IMG/VR virus record: IMGVR_UViG_3300028242_000036
Location: 1 to 64,000 of that record
Direction: 5' to 3' (one strand)
Source: a virus
Taxonomy: Duplodnaviria; Caudoviricetes
DNA length: 64,000 bases
Positions 41,431-49,845 of this stretch are shown in pieces; within the stretch, counting starts at the first letter, position 1, and each line of letters starts with the position of its first letter. A model generated the notes under the pieces. It was not told the DNA's origin, ran no database searches, and saw only the letters and a program-made list of their open reading frames with translations. Made by a program: the position numbers and the translations under genes.

Positions 41431-41613
41431 TTATTCTTGTTCTTTTTGACTTTGTATATATCTTGCCCAATTTTCCATAGCCTCATCTGTTCCACATTGA
41501 GAGCATATGTTTGTTTTATTGTCGGTTCTTGATAACGCAGGATAATCCGTCACAGTTTTACCACACCTCGGACATTCCCAAGGTAAAATATTTCCGTTAG
41601 CATCTCTTTCCAT
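41431..41613 (-). CDS. Small zinc-finger protein
   Basis: CPRCG...PALSR.DN...ICSQCG. Confidence 0.65.
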   Translation of the reverse strand: MERDANGNILPWECPRCGKTVTDYPALSRTDNKTNICSQCGTDEAMENWARYIQSQKEQE

Positions 41614-41673
41614 TGTAATACCTCCGTTAAGGTTTATTGGTTAAATAATGGTTAATTAAATTATAACAAATAA

Positions 41674-43179
41674 TCAATACTCAGGCAAGATGCTACAATA
41701 CCCTACTTCCTTATAATAGTTCGTGGCATAATCTACCTCGGCTACAATCTGATAACCATTAGCCTCACCAAATCTATTTTTGGTTACAAAAAAGATTAAA
41801 TAATTTTTTTCAGGGTCAAGTTTAAATGGTATCTTTGTTCGTTTACCCTCTATACGGAAACACTTGATACTATTCTTTTCTTCACCCTTTTCATCTTCAA
41901 GCACAAGTCTTGAAAGCATAACACAGCTCATAGTGTCGATAATATTTTTAGACATACCAATGGAAAAGTTGGTTAAATATCTTTGAACAAGTGCCTGTTT
42001 GCCAAGCTGTGCAGTAACAAACAAAGCAACATTCTTTACCTTGGGTTTGATAACATCATACAATTTAACCATATCAGTCTGTAATGAGAGCCAACTGTTT
42101 TCGGATTTAGCATCATTACCTAACTTTAAGGTATCAAGTACGAAATACTTACACCCCATAGAACTATACTTTTTGATAAGTTTAATAGCAATATCAACAT
42201 TATAACTCTCTAATGGTGCGATAATAATAGTGTTTTTATCTTTAAGCTCTTGGATTTTTTCAGCACTCTTATATAATAGTTCTTTGGTCTGCTCATCAAA
42301 TCCACCATTCCTGAGTTGTGTCTTTGTGATATGACCACCCAAAACATAATTTGCATAAAATACCAACAACTCTTTTTGAACTCTTGTTTCATCCTCTTCG
42401 TTGATAATCATACAAATCTTTTCATCTTGGTCGATAATACTCGGTAATAACCATCTACAAGCAAGAAATGATTTACCACCACCTGAAGCCATAGATAACA
42501 TATAAATATGACCTTGCTGTATACCTGCAATTTGGTTGGATAAAATCTCTGAACCATACATAGACATACCAAAGGTTTCACCCTTATCCATTTTATCAAT
42601 TAACTCAAAAATACCGTCTGCAACATTATATGTCTTTATGTTTGTTTCAGCATTAAGGAAGGTGTGATTAAGCAGAGCATCGTAATATTGGTATATTTCT
42701 TCAAGTGACATATCCATATATTTTGAGAAATTCTGAGCCACAGGAAAGCCTAAATCATTCATTTGTTTTAGTGTCTTAAATTTATGCAAATCTCTAAGGT
42801 AGCCATCTATATTAGATACATCAACATATTCAGTTGCTTGTTGAATGGTATTATAACCACCATATTCTTCGTACTTTTCGTGTAGCTTACTATGTTTTTG
42901 GAGATAGAAGCCAACCGTTAATTCGTCAAGAGTATTCTTTTGTTCATCAAGAATAATCTGTCTACCTATTTCAAAATAAACTTTCCATACATTACTTTGG
43001 AAATCACTTAATGCAATATTGTCATAAGTACGATATAACTCAGGGTTCTTCCATAAAATAGCACATACATTTGCTTCGGATGATAAAGAGTTTTCAGCAA
43101 TTTTTTTATTAACTTTCTCACAAGCTTTTTCCCAAGCTGTTTGTGTTACAGTTTTAGTTTCTTTTTTTGTCTTTGGCAT
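41674..43179 (-). CDS. dnaB: DnaB-like replicative helicase
   Basis: SGGGKS, NEED, LDTLK, TAQL, KNRFG. Confidence 0.88.
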   Translation of the reverse strand: MPKTKKETKTVTQTAWEKACEKVNKKIAENSLSSEANVCAILWKNPELYRTYDNIALSDFQSNVWKVYFEIGRQIILDEQKNTLDELTVGFYLQKHSKLHEKYEEYGGYNTIQQATEYVDVSNIDGYLRDLHKFKTLKQMNDLGFPVAQNFSKYMDMSLEEIYQYYDALLNHTFLNAETNIKTYNVADGIFELIDKMDKGETFGMSMYGSEILSNQIAGIQQGHIYMLSMASGGGKSFLACRWLLPSIIDQDEKICMIINEEDETRVQKELLVFYANYVLGGHITKTQLRNGGFDEQTKELLYKSAEKIQELKDKNTIIIAPLESYNVDIAIKLIKKYSSMGCKYFVLDTLKLGNDAKSENSWLSLQTDMVKLYDVIKPKVKNVALFVTAQLGKQALVQRYLTNFSIGMSKNIIDTMSCVMLSRLVLEDEKGEEKNSIKCFRIEGKRTKIPFKLDPEKNYLIFFVTKNRFGEANGYQIVAEVDYATNYYKEVGYCSILPEY

Positions 43180-43195
43180 TTATCCACCTCTCTCT

Positions 43196-43678
43196 TTACC
43201 ATAAATCATTAGTTAAAGAAGTAAAGGTGTTATTGTCCGTTTTTTTGGACTCTAAATTATGATTAACATTTTTATCAACTTTAATTTCATAATCAACAAC
43301 ATCGGACTTTTGTATTTTTGCTTCAGCCTTTTTAGCCTTTTTTAATCTTAAAACTACATCATTGATATTATTATTTACAATAGCAAAAACATAATTAAAC
43401 TTAGCCTGTTCATTAGCAAAGCTCTTTGTTTGTAATGCTTGTTGAATCTTATCCTTGCAGAAAATAAAGGTTAAATAAATAGTCTTATAATCATATTTTG
43501 CCATAGTTTTAGTTTTCTTATTGGCATAATATTTACCTTCTGATAATCCTTTTAATCGCATAACGGCAAATTTTGGTAATGCCATAGTATCATCATAACC
43601 TAATATCTTTTTGACATAATTATATAATGTGTCCCAATCCTGTTTTTCTTTATCGGTCATTTTTGCCATTGTAATCAC
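43196..43678 (-). CDS. Hypothetical protein (possible helicase loader)
   Basis: Directly upstream of dnaB. Confidence 0.55.
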   Translation of the reverse strand: MITMAKMTDKEKQDWDTLYNYVKKILGYDDTMALPKFAVMRLKGLSEGKYYANKKTKTMAKYDYKTIYLTFIFCKDKIQQALQTKSFANEQAKFNYVFAIVNNNINDVVLRLKKAKKAEAKIQKSDVVDYEIKVDKNVNHNLESKKTDNNTFTSLTNDLW

Positions 43679-43699
43679 CTTTACTGAATTTAGTATTAA

Positions 43700-43724
43700 A
43701 GGGGATATTGATTTAATATCCCCT
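43700..43724 (-). terminator. Intrinsic terminator
   Basis: AGGGGATATT-GATTT-AATATCCCCT. Confidence 0.7.
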
Positions 43725-43734
43725 GTTTATTATT

Positions 43735-43763
43735 ATTATAATATTATTTTATTGATTTGTCAA
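43735..43763 (-). promoter_or_regulatory. Class A promoter
   Basis: TTGACA-17-TATAAT with conserved spacer. Confidence 0.8.
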
Positions 43764-43768
43764 GCCCT

Positions 43769-44728
43769 TTAAAGAGTTTTTATAAGGTCAACTAATTCTT
43801 TAAGGTTTTCGAGAGGATTACCTGCTAAATCCTTAATATTAATTTCAAGTGATTTCATAGTCTTGGTAAGCTGTGCCTTCTGTGTATCATCGGCAGTCTT
43901 AATAAAAGCCTTAATTTCTTCAGCAAGGTCTTTTGCACTTGCTTCATCACTTGCCATTCTATCCTCGTCTTTAACCGTGTCAGAACGGAAATTTACAACA
44001 GCTTCTTTATTCTTGATATTGTTATTGTAAACATCTTCCCAATTCTTGAAAGAAGGATTTTCAATAATGTCGTGCTTCTTATATGTCTGTGTACGGTCTT
44101 TAAGCACTTCACCAAAATACTTAACTTCCTTGGTCTTTTTATCTTCTTCGGTAGTAAGTCTCAGAATAATATCGTAGTCAAAAGCAATGCCGTTTGCAGT
44201 ATCAGGCTTGTAGCCTACAACAACCCAATTTTCTCCTCTTTTTTCCTTGATTTCTTTTTCCTGTGCAACATTAACAATATTAATACCCTGAGAAGCCAAC
44301 ATAAGCTGTGTATCGTTGATTCTCTTCATTATATTCTTAATCTTGCCCCATTCTCTCTGTGAAAGGTTAGCATCGTCAACATCTTGACCCTTACGCTTTG
44401 CTCTCTTTTCAACAAGATTCTGCTGAACAACCTGAAGGTTATTATAAAACTTAGTTACACTATCAATAGTTAAAGTCTTAATTGCGTTTTCAGGCAGAAG
44501 TTCATTTTCAACTTCGTCAAGAGCTTCTTCTAAATCGTAAATACTATTTGTAGTTACCATAAGAGCGATATTAGGATTTTCCTTATAGAATGTATAACCA
44601 TCCTCAGAGTCTACAATAGCATTATCGGGGAAACTAAGGGCAAAGGTAGACTTACCTGTGCCTGTGTCTCCATAAAGTAATACTTTAAGTGCTTTCTTTG
44701 TCTTTTCAGGCTTTTTAAAAATTCCCAT
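43769..44728 (-). CDS. AAA_24/Sak4-like ATPase (single-strand annealing)
   Basis: LLYGDTGTGKST, VDSEDG, TIDSVT. Confidence 0.8.
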   Translation of the reverse strand: MGIFKKPEKTKKALKVLLYGDTGTGKSTFALSFPDNAIVDSEDGYTFYKENPNIALMVTTNSIYDLEEALDEVENELLPENAIKTLTIDSVTKFYNNLQVVQQNLVEKRAKRKGQDVDDANLSQREWGKIKNIMKRINDTQLMLASQGINIVNVAQEKEIKEKRGENWVVVGYKPDTANGIAFDYDIILRLTTEEDKKTKEVKYFGEVLKDRTQTYKKHDIIENPSFKNWEDVYNNNIKNKEAVVNFRSDTVKDEDRMASDEASAKDLAEEIKAFIKTADDTQKAQLTKTMKSLEINIKDLAGNPLENLKELVDLIKTL

Positions 44729-44757
44729 ATTATATTATCTCCTTGTCATATTATTCG

Positions 44758-45975
44758 TTAATCTAATCCCAATGCTTTCAGAAGGTCATCTTCGTCATCA
44801 TTAGAACTATCACCCATAAGCTCATTAATGTCGATTTCATCATCGTCATCAACTTCTACAGACTCTTCTTCATCGTCTGTATCAACAAACTGACTAATGA
44901 ATACAAAATCATCAGGTGTGTACTTGCCATCTTCACGCATAATTACAAGGTGCTTCTTATCAGGGTCATCACTATCGTTCTTAGTAATAAACTGATTAAT
45001 TACCATTCGTTTATCCTTTTGACCATTGGTATATTTTGCAAACGCCTCTTCCTCACTAAGCATACCTGCATCGACCATCATTCTTACATCGTCATCAAGG
45101 TCATCAAGTGTAACCGTAGTAATTACACCACCCTCTGAGAATGTTCCAATAACGCCAAGTTCAAGAATAGTATTCTTCTTTGTTGGCTTAAAGAATTTGT
45201 CGAGTAACATCTTGGTCTTTTCAGGAGCTTCAATATTGAGAACATCAAAATAGAATGTCTTGGGGAATACTACATTCTGCTTAACTTCTGTACCGTCAAC
45301 CTTACCAACATAGTCAATTACATAGGCATCAATAGGATATGTATTCTTTTCTCTATCGAACCTACCTACACTATCGGCATCAAGCAAGATAGTCTGTCTA
45401 AACTCTGCCTTAAAATCTTTTTCTTCGGTTTTTGTTGAAAGATAAATGTTTTTAATATTCTTCTGAACACTAACATTATCGTTGTAATGCTGATACTGAA
45501 GATTACCTGTAACATTTACAATAGTGCCATCTGTAAGATGTTCTGATAAATATTCAACTGCATCGTATGCAGAAAGGAATTTCTTAACATAGGTCTTACC
45601 CTTACTATCCTTTTCAATGCCTACTCTGATAAAGCAGTCATCACCAATGGTTTCAAGAATCTTATCGTCAAATCTATCATCCCAATCAATAGTAAATCTA
45701 TTCTCATAGTCTGATACGAGCTTGCCATTTGTATCCTTCTTGACACCGTGAACATAAATTACATTGTCTCTTGTAGCACCATAGCCACCCATAAGATTTG
45801 AGTATACAACACCATTACCAACATCAACACCAAGTTGCATTTGTGAATAAATCCAATCACTTGACTGTGATTCGTTGTCAATACTGAATGTATTATCACC
45901 AACCTTTGCCTTACCGATAATGGTAAATTGAGATGCACCCTTCTTTAGAGGTGTCTTTTCAGTCTGTTTTGCCAT
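44758..45975 (-). CDS. Putative ssDNA-binding protein (SPbeta-like)
   Basis: Very acidic C-terminal tail; adjacent to the annealing ATPase. Confidence 0.55.
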   Translation of the reverse strand: MAKQTEKTPLKKGASQFTIIGKAKVGDNTFSIDNESQSSDWIYSQMQLGVDVGNGVVYSNLMGGYGATRDNVIYVHGVKKDTNGKLVSDYENRFTIDWDDRFDDKILETIGDDCFIRVGIEKDSKGKTYVKKFLSAYDAVEYLSEHLTDGTIVNVTGNLQYQHYNDNVSVQKNIKNIYLSTKTEEKDFKAEFRQTILLDADSVGRFDREKNTYPIDAYVIDYVGKVDGTEVKQNVVFPKTFYFDVLNIEAPEKTKMLLDKFFKPTKKNTILELGVIGTFSEGGVITTVTLDDLDDDVRMMVDAGMLSEEEAFAKYTNGQKDKRMVINQFITKNDSDDPDKKHLVIMREDGKYTPDDFVFISQFVDTDDEEESVEVDDDDEIDINELMGDSSNDDEDDLLKALGLD

Positions 45976-46051
45976 TAAAAATTCTCCTTTGCAATATTAT
46001 TTTGTTTATTTGTAAATTTATATAAACACTTATAAATAAGTGATTATTTTA

Positions 46052-47593
46052 TTATACAACTGTACGAAGTGCCTCTTCAACAGCCTTATATCTTTCAGAA
46101 TTAAGTTCCTTAACTAATGCCTTATAAGGGTCAAGCTCACCATTCAGCACAAGCTTCATAATGTTTGCAGAGAAACCACTAACAAGTGCTACACCCATAT
46201 CATTTTGCTTTACAGGAATTGTACCTGTTCTTGAAGCAAGATTCCAAAAGATAAGTCTCGGAAGTTTATAACCATACTGAGCATACTTATTTGCAATAAC
46301 ATCAAAGAGTGTTGCACTAACACGACCACGACCATTAGTTGTTGCACAACTGTCAAATTCCATATCTGAAAGAATAAGAACATTCTGAGGAATTTCATCC
46401 TGTGTCATATGGTTATTGATTGCTGTCTTTAAAATAAGGTCAAACACAGCTTCAATATTTGTATTTGCCACCTCATTGTGCTTTAATGCAATTTCAAGCT
46501 TATCGTGTAAAGAACTTGCATTTGTAAAATCAACCAACTGTGGTCTATTACTAAATGTAATATACTTATCCTTAAACTCTCCACTACATCTCTCACCACA
46601 ATAAATAGCAAGAGCATTTGCAACCTCTAAAGCAGTTGTAGAAGAATTACTATCAACTGGTGTCATCATAGAACCTGAACCATCGGCAACAACGATTGTG
46701 TCTTTAATATTGCCAATATCTTTAAGTGATTTCCACATCTGTTCAAGTGCTTCGTCATAAGAGCCTACTCTACTGCCCCAATAACCTCTGCTATACTTAT
46801 GAACTACATCGTGTGGGAAAAGTACACTTGCATTAATTTTGGTTTCACCCTTTTTGAGACTTTCGAGATATGCTCTTCTTCTCTCTTCATCATTACGCAT
46901 AAAGGCATTTGAATACTTGATATTTGCCTTTGAGGGAACAGTAGAATAATCAATGTTTTCCCATTCCTTTGCAGACATCTTACATTCAACAACATCAAGA
47001 TACTTTCTAAGAGCAGAAAGGGTCTTACGATACCTTCTTGCATCCCAATCTAAACTGTTTCTAATGAGTGTAGCTTTTCTCTTAGTGTCTTTTGAACTTG
47101 CATTTTCACTCGGCATCCACTTTGCAAGAAGTGAAATAGGCTTGTCTTCACGCATATTCATCTTGTCAAGAGCTAACTGAGTTTTAATGCTTACTAATGC
47201 TTCATTAACAACTTCTACATTGCCACATTCAATAAGCGTAATAAGATTATCCCATCTTGAATATTCAGGAATAAGCTTGATTACTGCAATGGCAATATCA
47301 GTATGCTGTTCGGCAAGATAATTCATAATTACTCTGAATGTTCTTCTTTCGCCAAGACCTTCTCTTACATCTGAAGCATAGAAAAGCCACTTAACTGCAA
47401 GCATTGGATTTTCATAATAAGCATCAATAAACTTATTGATAATTTCCTGCTCACTTGCTTTTCTTAAACTTGCAACTGCAAAGTTTAAATCAAGAAGGTT
47501 CTTACCTGTTGTAGCATAACCTACTGCACCATTTTCTGTAATGGAAATTCGATTATCCATTTCGTTCTTCATTGCTGACATAAAATTACTCAT
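46052..47593 (-). CDS. DUF2828 family helical-repeat plus vWA protein (Ro60/TROVE-like)
   Basis: TENGA, GLGERR, LLAKWMPSE, IDYSTVPS; vWA MIDAS VADGSGSM, TFS, NTN, LSDMEFD, FWNL, SGFS. Confidence 0.85.
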   Translation of the reverse strand: MSNFMSAMKNEMDNRISITENGAVGYATTGKNLLDLNFAVASLRKASEQEIINKFIDAYYENPMLAVKWLFYASDVREGLGERRTFRVIMNYLAEQHTDIAIAVIKLIPEYSRWDNLITLIECGNVEVVNEALVSIKTQLALDKMNMREDKPISLLAKWMPSENASSKDTKRKATLIRNSLDWDARRYRKTLSALRKYLDVVECKMSAKEWENIDYSTVPSKANIKYSNAFMRNDEERRRAYLESLKKGETKINASVLFPHDVVHKYSRGYWGSRVGSYDEALEQMWKSLKDIGNIKDTIVVADGSGSMMTPVDSNSSTTALEVANALAIYCGERCSGEFKDKYITFSNRPQLVDFTNASSLHDKLEIALKHNEVANTNIEAVFDLILKTAINNHMTQDEIPQNVLILSDMEFDSCATTNGRGRVSATLFDVIANKYAQYGYKLPRLIFWNLASRTGTIPVKQNDMGVALVSGFSANIMKLVLNGELDPYKALVKELNSERYKAVEEALRTVV

Positions 47594-47650
47594 TTTTAAT
47601 AACCTCACTTTGAATTTTAAATTTTAATTTTAATATATATTTAAAATTCC

Positions 47651-47712
47651 AAGGCTCAATTTTGCATTACAGATTAGCAGTCTGTCCCAAAAGATTTTGC
47701 TGTACGAGCCTT
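47651..47712 (-). ncRNA. ACAGCAA-module RNA E1 with Ser(GCU) anticodon stem-loop
   Basis: AAGGCUC/GAGCCUU stem, GUACAGCAA; cargo ACAGA-CUGCUAA-UCUGU. Confidence 0.75.
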
Positions 47713-47733
47713 AGAAATTATTTTAAAAAATAC

Positions 47734-47802
47734 AAGTCGCAATTTTTGTATAAGTTTAAATTTCAAGTTTAATCTCATAGTATGATTTGCTGTATGCGAC
47801 TT
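47734..47802 (-). ncRNA. ACAGCAA-module RNA E2 with Ser(UGA) anticodon stem-loop
   Basis: AAGUCGCA/UGCGACUU stem; cargo UUAAA-CUUGAAA-UUUAA. Confidence 0.75.
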
Positions 47803-47826
47803 ATGTATATTAAAGAAAGGAGAGAC

Positions 47827-47888
47827 AAGACACATTGAAAAGAAAGCCACCATCGTCTATTAGTAAATTTATTTGCTGTATGTGTCTT
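47827..47888 (-). ncRNA. ACAGCAA-module RNA E3 (cargo unassigned)
   Basis: AAGACACAU/AUGUGUCUU stem plus ACAGCAA. Confidence 0.7.
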
Positions 47889-47913
47889 AAAAGGAGAATC
47901 AAAACGAAACCCT

Positions 47914-47987
47914 TGGAGCAACATAAGGTACTTGAAACCTTATTTTCTGATTGGAAATCAAATGTGTTACCGTTACACCAATGTTGC
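47914..47987 (-). tRNA. tRNA-Gly(UCC)
   Basis: Full cloverleaf; loop TTTCCAA; encoded CCA. Confidence 0.9.
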
Positions 47988-47997
47988 ATATAATAAC

Positions 47998-48127
47998 AAG
48001 ACTCTATCAATAAACAATAGTCGCTGTCTTACCCCTTGACTACTACCTCATTCGGCAGGTAGGAATCGAACCTACGAATGGCGACTTGGCTTCTGTTATT
48101 TGAAAAAAGAATTGCTGTTAGAGTCTT
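47998..48127 (-). ncRNA. ACAGCAA-module RNA E4 containing a circularly permuted tRNA body
   Basis: AAGACUCU/AGAGUCUU stem; AGUCGC, T arm GUAGG-UUCGAUU-CCUAC, closed acceptor, D arm GUC..GAC, GCGACU. Confidence 0.8.
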
Positions 48128-48134
48128 ATTTATT

Positions 48135-48210
<76 letters not shown>

Positions 48211-48244
48211 ATATATAATTAAAAAATTTTATAACATTAGGGTG

Positions 48245-48337
48245 TTATATACCCAACACTTCTCTTACAAGCTCTATCGGCAATTCCTGTCCGTAAGCAA
48301 GTGCAAGAATAATTAAACTTCTCTTTAACTTAGACAT
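48245..48337 (-). CDS. 30-aa small ORF MSKLKRSLIILALAYGQELPIELVREVLGI
   Basis: AAGGAGG RBS; read manually (below the ORF-track cutoff). Confidence 0.55.
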   Translation of the reverse strand: MSKLKRSLIILALAYGQELPIELVREVLGI

Positions 48338-48370
48338 TTACATTCCTCCTTATTTTATTTTATTGATTAA

Positions 48371-48446
48371 TGGTGCAGATGGTGGGAGTTGAACCCGACT
48401 TAAGCACGATTAAAAGTCGTGTGCCTGACCGTTAGGCTACATCTGC
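48371..48446 (-). tRNA. tRNA-Lys(UUU)
   Basis: CACGA-CTTTTAA-TCGTG; CCA; slightly irregular T stem. Confidence 0.88.
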
Positions 48447-48449
48447 ATA

Positions 48450-48525
48450 TGGCGGTGACAGAAGGACTTGAACCTTCGACACAGTGGTTAACAGCCACTC
48501 GCTCTACCTACTGAGCTATGCCACC
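48450..48525 (-). tRNA. tRNA-Asn(GUU)
   Basis: AGTGG-CTGTTAA-CCACT; full cloverleaf; CCA. Confidence 0.92.
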
Positions 48526-48543
48526 ATAAAATGATAAGCGTAG

Positions 48544-48627
48544 CTGACATACTACCTTATCTTGCTTCTGTATTTTACAACTTGCAGTAGACCATTGTTG
48601 GGTTTTTACAAAAACGCCTTATGTCAG
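48544..48627 (-). ncRNA. Candidate structured RNA between tRNA-Gln and tRNA-Asn
   Basis: Closing stem CTGACATA/TATGTCAG around a multibranch core (CTAC/GTAG, TGC/GCA, TGTA/TACA). Confidence 0.4.
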
Positions 48628-48656
48628 ATGTGTTTTCGGTGTTGTCCTTCACATTA

Positions 48657-48731
48657 TGGCAGGGGTAATAGGGTTTGAACCTATAATAATGGAGTCAAAG
48701 TCCATCGTGTTGCCAATTACACCATACCCCT
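48657..48731 (-). tRNA. tRNA-Gln(UUG)
   Basis: ATGGA-CTTTGAC-TCCAT; CCA. Confidence 0.92.
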
Positions 48732-48803
48732 ATGTTTGGTGGTTATTAAGGTCAACCACCATAACCTTTTGAAAGAGGTTTATTATGACAAATCATCAAC
48801 AAG

Positions 48804-48877
48804 TGGTGGAAAATGTCAGAATTGAACTGCTCCCCACCCTCCCAAGGGGCGTGTGCTACCGTTACACCACATTCTCC
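48804..48877 (-). tRNA. tRNA-Pro(UGG), irregular T stem
   Basis: CGCCC-CTTGGGA-GGGTG; CCA; T stem only about 3 bp. Confidence 0.75.
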
Positions 48878-48883
48878 ATATTC

Positions 48884-48946
48884 AAGACACATTTCAGGTT
48901 TTATAGTTTAAAAGACTATTCCTAAATAATTTGCTGTATGTGTCTT
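48884..48946 (-). ncRNA. ACAGCAA-module RNA E5 with Lys(UUU) anticodon stem-loop
   Basis: AAGACACAU/AUGUGUCUU; cargo AUAGU-CUUUUAA-ACUAU. Confidence 0.78.
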
Positions 48947-48959
48947 TATTGATTAGGTT

Positions 48960-49046
48960 TTAATAGGGCAGTAAATCTGCACCGAAAATTAAACAAAAGA
49001 AATTCATAATTGATGTGAATACAATATTGATAATATCAAGTGCCAT
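48960..49046 (-). CDS. 28-aa hydrophobic small ORF MALDIINIVFTSIMNFFCLIFGADLLPY
   Basis: AAGGGAG RBS; read manually. Confidence 0.5.
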   Translation of the reverse strand: MALDIINIVFTSIMNFFCLIFGADLLPY

Positions 49047-49079
49047 AGTGTTACTCCCTTCTTTTAAATTTCTATATTC

Positions 49080-49219
49080 AAGATACATTTTTATTGATTT
49101 ATCGTTGCTCTACCGACTGAGCTATCCTGCCATTGGGGGCAGGAGCAGGACTCGAACCTACGACCTACGGCTCTATGTTGCTTATCATTAAAAATTTACT
49201 TATTTGCTGTATGTATCTT
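49080..49219 (-). ncRNA. ACAGCAA-module RNA E6 containing a circularly permuted tRNA body
   Basis: AAGAUACAU/AUGUAUCUU; T arm GUAGG-UUCGAGU-CCUGC, acceptor UCCUGCC-CCCAAU-GGCAGGA, D arm GCUC-AGUCGGUA-GAGC. Confidence 0.82.
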
Positions 49220-49221
49220 TT

Positions 49222-49308
49222 TGGTAGCGATAGTGGGACTTGAACCCACACGGTATTTCTACCCTCAGATTTTAAGTCTGATGTGTCTGCCTATTCCACC
49301 ATACCGCC
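49222..49308 (-). tRNA. tRNA-Leu(UAA)
   Basis: TCAGA-CTTAAAA-TCTGA; long variable arm; CCA. Confidence 0.92.
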
Positions 49309-49350
49309 ATATTTACAGGGTGTAATCAAACACACCCTATTTTATTTTGC

Positions 49351-49506
49351 AAGGCTCTAATTCTAAACTCTATTCAACACGGCTTTAAAAACTATCAACG
49401 ATACAGGTATCGTCAGATTTGGAAACTCACCGTAAAAGTTTTGTTCAACCCAATTCTTTTTAAATCTTTATTTGATAATTTCACTATCGTTTGCTGTGTG
49501 AGCCTT
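49351..49506 (-). ncRNA. ACAGCAA-module RNA E7 with long multi-hairpin cargo
   Basis: AAGGCUC/GAGCCUU plus ACACAGCAA; includes AACUU-UUACGGU-GAGUU. Confidence 0.68.
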
Positions 49507-49515
49507 TAATTTTTC

Positions 49516-49590
49516 AAGACACATTGCATTATAACTTTTTTATTCCTCTAATAAATGTCTATAATTTCTAATGTTTGCTGTATGTGCCTT
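49516..49590 (-). ncRNA. ACAGCAA-module RNA E8
   Basis: AAGGCACAU/AUGUGUCUU; cargo hairpin UUUAUU-AGAGG-AAUAAA. Confidence 0.7.
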
Positions 49591-49594
49591 TCGT

Positions 49595-49727
49595 GTCTTC
49601 GTCAGACTAAAATTTTCAACTGATATTAAGCTAAAGGACTTTCACCTTTAGGAATGGTGGTTGGGTTTGTGTATGCATCCACTTCCAACGGTCTACTGAT
49701 GACCAATCGCTAATCTGTTACACCATT
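49595..49727 (-). ncRNA. Candidate structured RNA
   Basis: AATGGTG/CACCATT and GTTGG/CCAAC stems, then CTAAAGG-TGAAAGT-CCTTTAG and GTCT-GACGA-AGAC hairpins. Confidence 0.4.
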
Positions 49728-49762
49728 TTTTCATATCTTGTACTTTTAAGAGATTTTCTTTT

Positions 49763-49845
49763 TGGTCGATGCAATTAGGAATCGAACCTAATCCTTGCGA
49801 CTCACTCTGAGTCACTGTGCTACCCATCCTCTACACTATACATCT
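49763..49845 (-). tRNA. Atypical tRNA-like RNA without a canonical anticodon loop
   Basis: Acceptor, D arm, T arm (TTCGATT) and CCA present; anticodon arm GTGACTC-AGAGT-GAGTCGC (7 bp, 5-nt loop). Confidence 0.6.

Noticed and set aside
49586-49610. Hammerhead ribozyme (CTGACGA...GAAA)
   Set aside because: No stem II between the core elements and no supporting stems I and III
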